A stretch of DNA of 64,000 bases from NCBI GenBank assembly GCA_965222115.1, contig CBDCTJ010000007.1, positions 2,368,001 to 2,432,000 on the forward strand, read 5' to 3'. Shown in pieces: positions 29,848-39,595 of the stretch. The notes under the pieces are model-generated. The model saw only the letters and a program-made list of their open reading frames with translations, searched no databases and was not told where the DNA came from. Position 1 is the first letter of the stretch. Every line of letters begins with the position of its first letter. This stretch comes from Planctomycetota bacterium (GTDB lineage Bacteria > Planctomycetota > PLA2 > JAEUHO01). The position numbers and the translations under genes are program-made.

Positions 29848-29989
29848 CGCCCGTCGCCCTCCGTCTGTGCCCGTCCCGCCGGCAGTCGGATTTCGCCTGC
29901 ACGCGGCGTTCTACGCAACCCCCGTAGAACGAAGGCGAATGGTAGTGCCTTCCAGATATGGGCAGGGATGACAAATGGGGTGTGGCGAG

Positions 29990-30382
29990 CTACGCCGAAG
30001 CGTTTTGGATGAGTTTCGCCATTGCGGAAAGGTCTTCATGCTTCGACGGTGTGCCTGCGGGTGGGGGAAAGTCCTCGATGCCATCCGTGGGAATGAGGTG
30101 AATGTGTACGTGGGGCACTTCGTAGCCCACCACCATCACAACGACGCGGGCCGCATTTGTAGCGCGTTTGACTAGTCCTTGCACGCGTCGCGCAGCCTCC
30201 CAGAGCCGGGCATAGGCGGTCGGCTCCATGTCGAAGAGGTATTCCGTCTCTTGCTTTGGAATCACCAGTGTGTGGCCCGGCCGAATAGGTCGAATATCGA
30301 GGAACGCTAAGTGATCATCGTCTTCGTAGACGCGATGACAAGGGATCTCACCGCGCACGATCTTTGTAAACAGACTCGCCAT
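29990..30382 (-). CDS. HIT family protein
   Basis: FTKIVRGEIP, AFLDIRP, GHTLVIPK, histidine triad HVHIHL. Confidence 0.93.
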   Translation of the reverse strand: MASLFTKIVRGEIPCHRVYEDDDHLAFLDIRPIRPGHTLVIPKQETEYLFDMEPTAYARLWEAARRVQGLVKRATNAARVVVMVVGYEVPHVHIHLIPTDGIEDFPPPAGTPSKHEDLSAMAKLIQNASA

Positions 30383-30432
30383 CGCCGGACCGTACCAGCA
30401 TGCGCGGTCGTTGCCATTGCGGGGCGAAGTCC

Positions 30433-30891
30433 CTACGTACTCAGCGGCGCGTTGCCATCGGGCGATGTGGGGGCGTGCAAACTGGGGTGCGAGATGGGGG
30501 TGCGGTCGCTAAAGCCCTTGTCGGCGGGATGCCACCAGCACACACGGTCTTCGCCGAGCCGCCATGAGAGGTAGGCCGGTTCCCCATCGATCAATGTGGG
30601 GAAGTCAACGAGGCCCAATTCCAAGTCTCGCACTTCAAGTCCGAGTTCTGCCAACTCGTGAAGGTAGCCTTCGATGCGATCGGAATACATGGTGACTTCT
30701 TCGCGAAGCTCTTCAATGCGATCGCTCGAATCCTCCGTGGCATCGAGTGCCATTTCCAAGGCGCGGCGCTCGCGTCCCGCGGCGCGCAAATGGCGAAAGT
30801 CATCCACGATGTCGCAAACAATGGAGCGAACCAGTGGCAAAACTTGGTGCGATTCGTCGATCGTGAAAAGTGTGCGTACGGCCGTAGGCAT
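30433..30891 (-). CDS. DUF2203 family protein
   Basis: FTIDE...LP, GLVDFP, YLSWRLGE..V.WWH..GFSDR; GGAGGG RBS. Confidence 0.8.
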   Translation of the reverse strand: MPTAVRTLFTIDESHQVLPLVRSIVCDIVDDFRHLRAAGRERRALEMALDATEDSSDRIEELREEVTMYSDRIEGYLHELAELGLEVRDLELGLVDFPTLIDGEPAYLSWRLGEDRVCWWHPADKGFSDRTPISHPSLHAPTSPDGNAPLST

Positions 30892-31110
30892 CCGTCCCTC
30901 CCTCATGCCTCCGCCCAAGCAGGCGCCGGCCCAAGCGGCACCAGCCCGTCCCTCCACGAGCTGGCGCCGCCGTCTACGCAAGGGAATCGGCTCCCGTGCC
31001 CGTCTTCTTGGTCCAGCGCCCGGTTATTTCGGCTTCACCGATCGTCGCGACGGTTCCGCGCGGTCATCGTCGCGTCACGGTTTGGTCTGAACGATGCAAG
31101 AAGCGGCGTG

Positions 31111-31968
31111 TTAGCCCGTCGAAAGGGTCACTTCGATGTCATCGGAGACCAAGTCGCGCAGCATGCCACGCACAATTGCGCGGATGCCGATGGGAGATGC
31201 ATCGGGGCGACTCACGAGGGGGCGCGTTGCAATCTCGACGACTCGATCGCGATGCGCCACAAAGCGAACCTCTTGTCCAAGTGCCCGGGCGTGTGGGACG
31301 GCAATGGCCTTCACGATGCGCGCAATGCCATCACGTTCATCGGTTCGACCGATGCGCATGGGTCGGCGCGACTGCGGCGACCACGTTTCGTGAATAAGCT
31401 GCAAGAGTTCGGGGCGGCAGCTTCGACATCCTCGATAGGCACCCGCTTTGTCGGCGATCGCTTCGGGCGTACGTGCTCCCGCATGTACCGCGGCGCGAAT
31501 GGTCTTATCGCCAATGCCAATGCATCGACACACCAACAGGCCACGGCCATCTGCGTCGCCGGGTCCGTCCTCATCGCTGGCGCCTACCGCCCGACGAATC
31601 GCCTCCACAACCATCGTTGCACCGCGAACGACGGCAGCGGGGAATACGTGATCGTGTTCTGTGCCGCGCAATAATGACAGTAGGTCCTGTGCGCGGATGC
31701 GCACGGCGGCAGAGCTTGGAGCGTGGCGCAAGGAGAACAGCGCGATACTGAGTGGTGCGCGGGCACCTACGCCGCCAACGACGACACCGCCAACTTGCTC
31801 AATGACGCCATCGGGCTCAATGCCGCCTTCAAAATTGAAGGACACGCGTACACCCATGCCACCAATCATGCTGCCGGCTTGTCCAATGGCGTTTGCGTCG
31901 TCGAGATCGCCGAATCCAACGGGATCCACAAGGTGTGAGATATACGGTGCGGGGAGCGAAGCGGCCAC
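31111..31968 (-). CDS. NifU-like protein retaining only the central BFD-type [2Fe-2S] motif
   Basis: IscU-like N-domain, VCRC...GCRSC central motif, Nfu-like C-domain; both outer domains lack Cys. Confidence 0.7.
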   Translation of the reverse strand: MAASLPAPYISHLVDPVGFGDLDDANAIGQAGSMIGGMGVRVSFNFEGGIEPDGVIEQVGGVVVGGVGARAPLSIALFSLRHAPSSAAVRIRAQDLLSLLRGTEHDHVFPAAVVRGATMVVEAIRRAVGASDEDGPGDADGRGLLVCRCIGIGDKTIRAAVHAGARTPEAIADKAGAYRGCRSCRPELLQLIHETWSPQSRRPMRIGRTDERDGIARIVKAIAVPHARALGQEVRFVAHRDRVVEIATRPLVSRPDASPIGIRAIVRGMLRDLVSDDIEVTLSTG

Positions 31969-31973
31969 CTGAA

Positions 31974-33425
31974 CTAGTTTGCATCCACGGATGACGAGAT
32001 GGCGGGCCGGTTGGGTTCTGGGACAGGCTCAGGGAGCACTTTACCCGGATTCAATATGCCCGTGGGATCCCATGCGTGCTTGATGGCGCGCATTATGCGA
32101 ATTGCAGTTTCATTTCGACAAAGTGACAAATACCGGCTCTGGGCACAACCCACGCCGTGTTCTCCGGTAATGGTCCCGCCGAGCGATACCGCAAGCTTAA
32201 AGATGGCCTCAATGGCCGGGCGCAAGCGTTTCTCGCGCATCGCGCGATCCGGCGTATCCGTCAAGACGTTCACATGAATGTTACCGTCGCCCGCATGGCC
32301 ATACGAAATCTGTCGAATCTTGTACTTTGCGGCAATGCGACGCACGCCGCGGAGCAGTGCGGGCACTTGACTAGGCGGTACGGCGGTGTCGCACTCGATG
32401 TAGGCCGCCTGATTCTTCACCGCCTCGCCCAAACACGTACGAACACGCCAAAGTTCACGCTCCTTTTGTGGCGTGTCGGGTATGAGTGCGTCGAGGGCAC
32501 CGTGTTCCATCAACAACCCACCCACGCGCATGAGCGTTTGTTCAACCGAGTCCTCATCAAAGCCGTCGATCTCGAGTAATATCTGTGCTTCGGAATCGGA
32601 GTAGGGAACCGAGCGGCCCAAGTGTTCTTCAGCGGCCAACAATGCAGCGCGTTCTACTAATTCGAGCGCCGCTGGCGTTACTCGCGATTTGTACACTTCG
32701 ACAAGTGCTTTCGCAGCGGTGTCTAAGTCATCAAAAGCCGCAAGTAGTGAACGCCTGTGCGTGGGATGGGGAATCAAGCGCAGCGTGGCCTCGGTGACCA
32801 CTGCCAATGTGCCTTCACTACCGACAAGCAACTGGGTCAGATTGTAGCCCGCCACATCTTTGCGCAATTTGCCACCGGTGCGTACGACGCTGCCCGAGGC
32901 GGTGACGGCCTCAAGCGAAAGCACATAATCTTTCGTCAAGCCATACTTCACGCAGTGGGGGCCGCCGCTGTTCTCAGCAATGTTTCCGCCAATCATGCAC
33001 GAACCCGAACTCGCTGGATCCGGAGGGTAGTAGAGGCCGCGCTCCGCGACCTCTCGCTGCAGCTCGCCGGTAATCACGCCAGGTTGAACGCGACACATGA
33101 GATTGGCTTCGTCGATTTCCAGAATGCGGTTCATCCGCTGTACAGAGAGCACAATGCCGCCAAATACAGGCAGCGCGCCGCCAGAGAGCCCCGTGCCCGC
33201 ACCGCGTGGCGTAACGGGTAGTCCATACGTGTGTGCCAGCTTGAGAATGGCCGCGACTTCCTGCGTTGCTTCGGGGAAAACGACAACTTCAGGGCGATAC
33301 GCCAAGTCCTCGGTTTCGTCGCGACCGTGAATCGCAAGCGTGGCCTCGTCCACTATGCAGCGCTCACCGAGAAGTTCGCGGAGCGCGTGTAGGTGATCCT
33401 GGGTGACGGGTGGAAACGAACGCAT
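31974..33425 (-). CDS. glcD: FAD-linked oxidase, glycolate oxidase GlcD type
   Basis: PRGAGTGLSGG, YPPDPAS, GGNIAENSGGP..VKYG, GSEGTL, GHAGDGNIH, GEHGVG, LNPGK. Confidence 0.85.
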   Translation of the reverse strand: MRSFPPVTQDHLHALRELLGERCIVDEATLAIHGRDETEDLAYRPEVVVFPEATQEVAAILKLAHTYGLPVTPRGAGTGLSGGALPVFGGIVLSVQRMNRILEIDEANLMCRVQPGVITGELQREVAERGLYYPPDPASSGSCMIGGNIAENSGGPHCVKYGLTKDYVLSLEAVTASGSVVRTGGKLRKDVAGYNLTQLLVGSEGTLAVVTEATLRLIPHPTHRRSLLAAFDDLDTAAKALVEVYKSRVTPAALELVERAALLAAEEHLGRSVPYSDSEAQILLEIDGFDEDSVEQTLMRVGGLLMEHGALDALIPDTPQKERELWRVRTCLGEAVKNQAAYIECDTAVPPSQVPALLRGVRRIAAKYKIRQISYGHAGDGNIHVNVLTDTPDRAMREKRLRPAIEAIFKLAVSLGGTITGEHGVGCAQSRYLSLCRNETAIRIMRAIKHAWDPTGILNPGKVLPEPVPEPNRPAISSSVDAN

Positions 33426-33504
33426 ACCACTATTCTCTAACCGCCCTCAAGCCAGTGCGGAGAAAAACGGCTGCCTCTGGCATCATTTCGTGCACGGAGG
33501 TGCT

Positions 33505-35757
33505 ATGGATCGACGCAGCGTGTCGCGAGTTCTTTGGACGACTGTGCTTCTGTGTGCGTGTACTTCGCCCAGACCGGCGCGAGCCAAAGATGAAGCGACC
33601 AAACCCGGTCCCTGCCCCTTAGAGCAAGCGCTCGCAAAGGCAGGCCTCACCGTGGATGACCTCGGCTACCGGCCTCCTGCTCATTTTGCGCGCTATCCCC
33701 ATCCGGAAACGACGCCGCATGTGATGCCGTTCTTTGAGGATCTCTTTGCCCGTCCTCTCGACACGTACGAGTTCACGCGCACATTGGGCAACGTTGTCGA
33801 AGATGAGCTGACGCCACAGGCACTTACGGCACAGCCCAAGAAGCCCGGTACCGGCGAAACGCTGTTTCGACTTGGTGTATCGCTTGCAACCGAACGTCGA
33901 ATCGGGGGCTTTCGCCGCTTCAAGGTAAACCTGCCTCCTAAGGCACCTAAAGAAGCGCCGCTTCAAAAGGCGCTGGCGAAGTGGGGTGTCGAGGACGTCG
34001 CTGAGGTGGCGGATCTTGTCCCCGGGAACATTCGGCGCGCACTGGCGCTCACCCTACTGGAACTTCACGACGCTAAGATATGGATCGATCGAGGATTGCG
34101 ACGCGTTACGCCCAAGCAAAGATCCGAACTGTATCGACTCATGCCCGACACAGCCGAACACACCCCGGACGGAACCCAATACGATTCCGTCGTCGATGAC
34201 ATTGCCGATGTAGTCGACGAACACTCGTTGTGGTACGGATGCTTGAAGGCCCTTCAGTCCAGTCAGAATACGCGTCGTCGTCTGGCGGCATTGAATCTTA
34301 CGAAGATGGAACTTGGGCTTCTGTATGTGACGATCCCAACACTCGCGGGTCCCATTGTGTTGAGCAATATTCCAACAAAGGGTGCACCGAAGCGGGCGCC
34401 ACTGCTTTGGATCCACTGGCAAGAACACCCGATGGCACCGCGCTCGCCGCTTGGTGCTACCGACGCCACGCGGAACCTGAGCGTTGCGGTGCTGATGCCG
34501 CCACTTGAGTCATCGAAAGATTCGTCCGAACCAGAATCGACGCCCCCCATGAAGGAAGAATCCACCACATCGCACGAGTCACGTCCCGTTGCACGAGGCG
34601 TATTGGGCTGTGGGATTGTCTACGCCGCGGGCGATGTTTCTCAACAATGGGCAAGTTCGTCGTGGGGCCTTGGCGCGGGGTTCTTTGGCTTGGGTGCGCT
34701 AATCGATGAGGGTGGAAACGACACGTACGAGATTCCCGGCCAGGGACAGGGTGCGGCGTTCTTTGGTGCCGGATTGCTGCTGGATGCCGCTGGAGATGAT
34801 TCCTACAACTTGCGCAAGGGGGATGGCCAGGGGTTTGGCGGACCCAATGGCATCGGCATACTTGCCGATCGTTCTGGCAACGATCGTTACTACAGCGAGC
34901 CCTTGGCATCCAAAGCCGGGCGTGCCGACTATCACTCAAAGAACAAGATTGCCGTTAGCAATGCACAAGGCGTTGGATCCGGGCGACGTGGCGACATAAG
35001 CGACGGGCATAACTGGGCCGGTGGCTTGGGCGCGCTGATTGATGTAGACGGAGACGACCACTACGTCGCTGGCAACTTCTCGCAAGGATTGGGATACTGG
35101 TATGGCACGGGATTGATGTGGGATGGCGGAGGTGACGACAAGTATCACAGTGTGTACTTCACACAGGGCTCCGGCGCACATTTCGCCATTGGCGCATTGA
35201 TCGACGAGGGCGGCAATGACGAACACATCTTGAGCGAAACCGGCGGCGCGGGACTTGCGTTTGGTTGGGACTTGGTGAACGCGATTCTGATTGACCGTGG
35301 CAATGGCAATGATCGTTATGAGGCCAAGAAGATTTCCATTGGCGTAGCCGAGGTGCGCAGCAACGCCATCTTTATCGATGAAGGCGGCGACGACGTCTAC
35401 GTCATGAACGCCAAAGGCAAGGGCTTTGGTGATGTGGACGATCGGGCTTCTTACAAGAAACCGCGCCGCGACTCGGTGCTTCACTTTCGCTTGCCTCAAG
35501 CAGCCCTGTTCATGGATTTGGGCGGCTCGGATACCTACCTTCGGCGACCCAAGCCCGCCAAAGACGCCAAACCCGATGATCCGGCAAAGGAAGACACGGC
35601 TGATAAACTTGCGGGCGATGGCCGCACGTGGCATCTGCGTGCGAAAGACGAGCACGCGTTAGGCGGATTTAACTGTTGCGTAGCAGTGGACGGTGAAATG
35701 AACGCAAACTGGCTAGGGTTTCTGCGCGCGTGGCCTAGGCGAGTGGGGGTCAAATGA
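33505..35757 (+). CDS. Secreted protein with Gly-rich GxLxDxxGxDxY repeats
   Basis: GGAGG RBS, signal-like N-terminus, about 9 repeats such as GALIDEGGNDTY and GLLLDAAGDDSY. Confidence 0.7.
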   Translation: MDRRSVSRVLWTTVLLCACTSPRPARAKDEATKPGPCPLEQALAKAGLTVDDLGYRPPAHFARYPHPETTPHVMPFFEDLFARPLDTYEFTRTLGNVVEDELTPQALTAQPKKPGTGETLFRLGVSLATERRIGGFRRFKVNLPPKAPKEAPLQKALAKWGVEDVAEVADLVPGNIRRALALTLLELHDAKIWIDRGLRRVTPKQRSELYRLMPDTAEHTPDGTQYDSVVDDIADVVDEHSLWYGCLKALQSSQNTRRRLAALNLTKMELGLLYVTIPTLAGPIVLSNIPTKGAPKRAPLLWIHWQEHPMAPRSPLGATDATRNLSVAVLMPPLESSKDSSEPESTPPMKEESTTSHESRPVARGVLGCGIVYAAGDVSQQWASSSWGLGAGFFGLGALIDEGGNDTYEIPGQGQGAAFFGAGLLLDAAGDDSYNLRKGDGQGFGGPNGIGILADRSGNDRYYSEPLASKAGRADYHSKNKIAVSNAQGVGSGRRGDISDGHNWAGGLGALIDVDGDDHYVAGNFSQGLGYWYGTGLMWDGGGDDKYHSVYFTQGSGAHFAIGALIDEGGNDEHILSETGGAGLAFGWDLVNAILIDRGNGNDRYEAKKISIGVAEVRSNAIFIDEGGDDVYVMNAKGKGFGDVDDRASYKKPRRDSVLHFRLPQAALFMDLGGSDTYLRRPKPAKDAKPDDPAKEDTADKLAGDGRTWHLRAKDEHALGGFNCCVAVDGEMNANWLGFLRAWPRRVGVK

Positions 35758-35880
35758 CGTTCCCATGCCTACTTACCTATAGTCCCAAGCACGTTTCACG
35801 CAGACCGCCAACCGATTGGACTCACGCGATTCCATAGTGTAGGACATGAAGCACCCCACCTCGATCCGGAGCGTTCGACC

Positions 35881-36327
35881 ATGAAGATGACACTCGAGAC
35901 TTTCATCAAAGGCACACCCGAAGCGGTCTTTCGTGCCGGCACCGACTTCGCCAATATGGCCGATCACATCGACGGCATCACGAAGGTCGAAATGCTCACC
36001 CAAGGCGACGTCGGCGTGGGCACCAAGTTCAAAGAGACACGCAAAATGATGGGTAAAGAAGCCACCGAGGAGATGGAAGTTACCGCCTTCGACCCCCCGC
36101 GCTCGTACACGCTGGAGGCCGATAGCTGCGGCGCACGATTCACTAGCACATTTGTCTTGACGCCCAAGGATGACGGGACCCATGTGGCGCTCAATATCAG
36201 TTCAAAGGCACAGTCGTGCATGGCGATCGCGTTCGCGCCCCTAGGCTTCCTGATGAAGGGCACAATGAAGAAGATGATTCAGAAGGATTTGGATAACTTG
36301 AAGAGGAACGTTGAAGGTGGGGTGTAG
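35881..36327 (+). CDS. SRPBCC (polyketide cyclase/dehydrase-like) protein
   Basis: GVGTKFKETR, VTAFDPP, C-terminal helix DLDNLK. Confidence 0.85.
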   Translation: MKMTLETFIKGTPEAVFRAGTDFANMADHIDGITKVEMLTQGDVGVGTKFKETRKMMGKEATEEMEVTAFDPPRSYTLEADSCGARFTSTFVLTPKDDGTHVALNISSKAQSCMAIAFAPLGFLMKGTMKKMIQKDLDNLKRNVEGGV

Positions 36328-36415
36328 GGTTAGGAGAAAGAGGAAGATTCAGATTCAGTGAAGGGGTTGGCGTCTCAAACGTGCACGCGCTTTGAGACGT
36401 TACCTCTTCGGATAC

Positions 36416-37120
36416 CTATTCGGACGACGGACAAAGATCCGACAGCGGACACTCTCCACACTTCGGCCTTCTCGCAATGCAAATCGCGCGGCCGTGATGA
36501 ATCAACATATGGCTCAACTCAATCCACGTGTCTTGCGGATGCAGCTTCATCAGATCAAGTTCAATATGAACGGGTGAGTCTTTCTTGGTCCAACCAAGTA
36601 GCGTGCTGATGCGCTTTACGTGGGTATCGACAACCACGCCGTCGGCTAGCTCCCAGATCACGCCGCGGACCACGTTGGCGGTCTTTCGCGCAACGCCCGG
36701 AAGGGTGAGGAGATCGTTCATGGCTTGGGGGATCTCGCCGCCGTAGTGTTCGGAGACGCGAGTGGCCATGCCAACAAGGCTCTTGGCTTTGTTGCGAAAG
36801 AAGCCGGTGCTGCGAATGACGTCTTCTACCTCAATGAGATCGGCGCGGGCGAGCGCGGTCGGTGTGGGCCAGCGGTGAAAGAGTTGCGGCGTAACCATGT
36901 TCACGCGTTCGTCGGTACATTGAGCACTCAAGATGGTGGCGGCTGTCAATTCGAATGCGTTGCGGTGGTGGAGGGCGCACTCGACATCGGGGTAGGTCTG
37001 TTTGAGTTGGGCGACGACTTTAGCGGCCTTTGCTTTAGAGGCGGCGGTGACACGACGTCCCCGATAGGCGCCCTTTGACTTCTTCGCCTTGCGCTTCTTT
37101 CGTGATGTGCGCTTCTTCAC
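36416..37120 (-). CDS. nth: Endonuclease III
   Basis: ILSAQCTDERVN, HhH LPGVARKTANVV, VVDTHV, CIARRPKCGECPLSDLC 4Fe-4S motif; GTG start overlaps the upstream stop; basic N-terminal tail. Confidence 0.95.
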   Translation of the reverse strand: MKKRTSRKKRKAKKSKGAYRGRRVTAASKAKAAKVVAQLKQTYPDVECALHHRNAFELTAATILSAQCTDERVNMVTPQLFHRWPTPTALARADLIEVEDVIRSTGFFRNKAKSLVGMATRVSEHYGGEIPQAMNDLLTLPGVARKTANVVRGVIWELADGVVVDTHVKRISTLLGWTKKDSPVHIELDLMKLHPQDTWIELSHMLIHHGRAICIARRPKCGECPLSDLCPSSE

Positions 37121-38523
37121 GAGCCGGGTCCTCGTGGCGTGGTGAGCCACTTGGTGAATGTTGCGGCATTCCACGTGGAGATGACCGAACGTCGTTCCCA
37201 ACCACCGCGCCGTGCCTGTCCCACCGATAGCAACACGTCGTCAAGTGTGCTCGCGTCGTAAGCCTGGGTCATGGGGAGCATTTTGACGCCGAGCTCTTTG
37301 GCAAGGCGATGCCACCATTCTCCGGGCACGAAGCGACCTGGATCACTCATGAGGCCGATTGCGACGTCGCCCCTGGCGCAGTAAGCAAGGACGGATTCCC
37401 AATCGTTCCAAGACTCAAGTTGCGCGCGCAAGGGAATTGCCAGTACGCGGACACGATGATGGGAACACGCCTTGACAAATAGACTGGTGAGCGATGATTC
37501 TTCGTGAGGTTCAAGCGATTCAAGTTCCGCCATGCCGGGCAAAGATTTCGTTTCGAACGACACGTCGCCACTCTTGTCGATTGCGACTAGCTCCAGACGA
37601 ACTGTGGTAAACGACTCTTCGCCCTCGGTGACAGGTTCTACGTGATCCATGGGATTAGGTTCGGGGCCGTCGTGCTCATTGTAGCGATCGGCGAACATTG
37701 CCCATGCGTAGCCCTCGGACCGAATCTGTGGCACGAGGAACGAGTCTTCGAATGCACCATTGCCACGCGTGGTCTGAACATTAGCAAAGCCCTGAATATC
37801 GCGCATGGTTACAAGGTCGTCCGGATTCGTGCAAAGCATTGGCCACTCGCGACACTCCGGCGGAACAATGGGCAGGTCCATGGCAGCGAGCATGGACTCT
37901 TCGCTCCCGATCCCCTTGGCCTCAACCGTATGCTCCCCGACAACGGACTCAATGAACGTGTTCGGTCCCGTTGTTACAACGAGTGTGCGGAAAAATGCCT
38001 CCGGATCCTCGTCAAGCACAGTCAGCGCTACTGGAAGACCAATGTGCGACACGGCACGAGAGACGCCATCGCGGGGGTGTTCGACTGAGTGCCACATGGG
38101 GAGTTGGTCGAATGCTTGCTGGACCGCCTTCACGTCATGGCCTGTGGCGAGCAGTTCGAGCACGGCAACGCGCGGAGCCATGCAACGAACTGCGCCGGTA
38201 ATTGCAAGACGCAACACGCTCAGCTCCGTCTGCAGGCCCGAGAATATGTCTGACGCGACGGAGCGCGCATTGCGAAGTGCAAAGGTCGTGCGTCCCCAAG
38301 CCTGCTCGGCGAGCGCCTGTTGCAATCGAATCTGGAGATTGACAGGATCGAGGCTGTCGTCCTCAAGGTTCATCCGTCGGAACTGATGCTGGTGACAGGC
38401 GCGTTCGACGTCCTCGACGCTGTCGATAGCAAGCCGCGAGGCGATCTTGCGCCATAGGGCGGCGGAAACCTCGCATGCCTCGGCAATGAGCAAACAGTCG
38501 TCGGTGGTGTCGGCGGGGGGCAC
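37117..38523 (-). CDS. Degenerate PolX/PHP-like protein
   Basis: LAIDSVEDVERAC, ITGAVR, TTGP, EESMLAAMDLPIVPPECRE, DLVTMRDIQG, GQARRGGW..VISTW; catalytic motifs eroded. Confidence 0.72.
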   Translation of the reverse strand: MPPADTTDDCLLIAEACEVSAALWRKIASRLAIDSVEDVERACHQHQFRRMNLEDDSLDPVNLQIRLQQALAEQAWGRTTFALRNARSVASDIFSGLQTELSVLRLAITGAVRCMAPRVAVLELLATGHDVKAVQQAFDQLPMWHSVEHPRDGVSRAVSHIGLPVALTVLDEDPEAFFRTLVVTTGPNTFIESVVGEHTVEAKGIGSEESMLAAMDLPIVPPECREWPMLCTNPDDLVTMRDIQGFANVQTTRGNGAFEDSFLVPQIRSEGYAWAMFADRYNEHDGPEPNPMDHVEPVTEGEESFTTVRLELVAIDKSGDVSFETKSLPGMAELESLEPHEESSLTSLFVKACSHHRVRVLAIPLRAQLESWNDWESVLAYCARGDVAIGLMSDPGRFVPGEWWHRLAKELGVKMLPMTQAYDASTLDDVLLSVGQARRGGWERRSVISTWNAATFTKWLTTPRGPGS

Positions 38524-38593
38524 GCCGAAATCCTACCGCTGGATTCGGTCGGGATCTGCGGCGATTCGCATCGGGTCTAACTAGAATGCCGGT

Positions 38594-39325
38594 ATGCGTC
38601 TTCGAACCGACATCGTAATTGCAGCGGTCATCGTCCTCTTGTGTGCGTGGGCAGTTGCCAAGCAGTTTGGCTATGACCCCTTTAGCGATGGCCGGCCAGA
38701 TCCCATAGAAGTAGGAGCCACGCTCGACATGACCCAAATGCTCATGGACGTGGCCGATAAGCCGCAACCCGTGGCGCTGAACGAACTTGCCGGGAAGAAG
38801 GCCACCGTGTTTTATAGTTGGAGCACGTTCTGTCCCTGCGTAGCTGCATTGGAGCCCCGTATTCATGGGCTCTACGCCAAGTTCAATGAGCAGAAGAACG
38901 GCGTATCGTGGATCGCCATTGCCGGTGAACCGAAGGACACCCGCGAGAGCGTCCGAAAGCTCATGGGCGAGATACGGTCCTGCCAATACATGCTGCTCGA
39001 CCCCCGGCAGGATGTGTGCGCTCAACTTGGTTTCAAGGAAGCCGTGCAAGTTGTCGTCGTTGACGCATCGGGCAAGCTGCTCTATCGCGGCGCGTTGGAT
39101 GACGACTACGAGAAACCCACGCGGCACTATCTCGACGAGATCTTGACGGCCATCGTGGCCGACAAACCCCTGCCCTATACGAGCACCGAGCGGGTCTACG
39201 GATGCGCCTTCGACGATCCCGCATCGTGCGAACTCTATGAGGAAGGCATCGTGCCCGCGGATGCGAAGCCCACGAAGCAGTCTGCTCCGACGAACAACGA
39301 CTCCTCGACGAAGAAGCCTTCATAG
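38594..39325 (+). CDS. Membrane-anchored thioredoxin/redoxin-fold protein
   Basis: N-terminal TM, WSTFCPCV, YRGALDD, YGC. Confidence 0.75.
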   Translation: MRLRTDIVIAAVIVLLCAWAVAKQFGYDPFSDGRPDPIEVGATLDMTQMLMDVADKPQPVALNELAGKKATVFYSWSTFCPCVAALEPRIHGLYAKFNEQKNGVSWIAIAGEPKDTRESVRKLMGEIRSCQYMLLDPRQDVCAQLGFKEAVQVVVVDASGKLLYRGALDDDYEKPTRHYLDEILTAIVADKPLPYTSTERVYGCAFDDPASCELYEEGIVPADAKPTKQSAPTNNDSSTKKPS

Positions 39326-39595
39326 AACGGCCAATCCTCGCGGGCAGGCGAATCCGCCGACATCTACGAATCGGCGCCAATTTCGCACAGAATTCCTTGT
39401 TTCACCACACGAGCGATCGTCCGTTGCACCGTGCCACTTCGTTATGGCCGCGCTAGCAACTCGCTGATTCCGGGCCGACAGAAACGCCCGCGACGCATGC
39501 GACCTGCGCACTAGAGCCAGACCGTCCCCGCTGGTACGTTACGCCTTCCAGAGGTTGGTGGCGCCGAGTGTCGGCGCGGGTCGCGGAGTAGTCGA

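Noticed and set aside
29848-29989. c-di-GMP riboswitch before the pel operon
   Set aside because: One hairpin (CGTTCTACG/CGTAGAACG) but none of the class I or II consensus elements
39326-39595. FNR box upstream of ccoN
   Set aside because: No TTGAT-N4-ATCAA match seen
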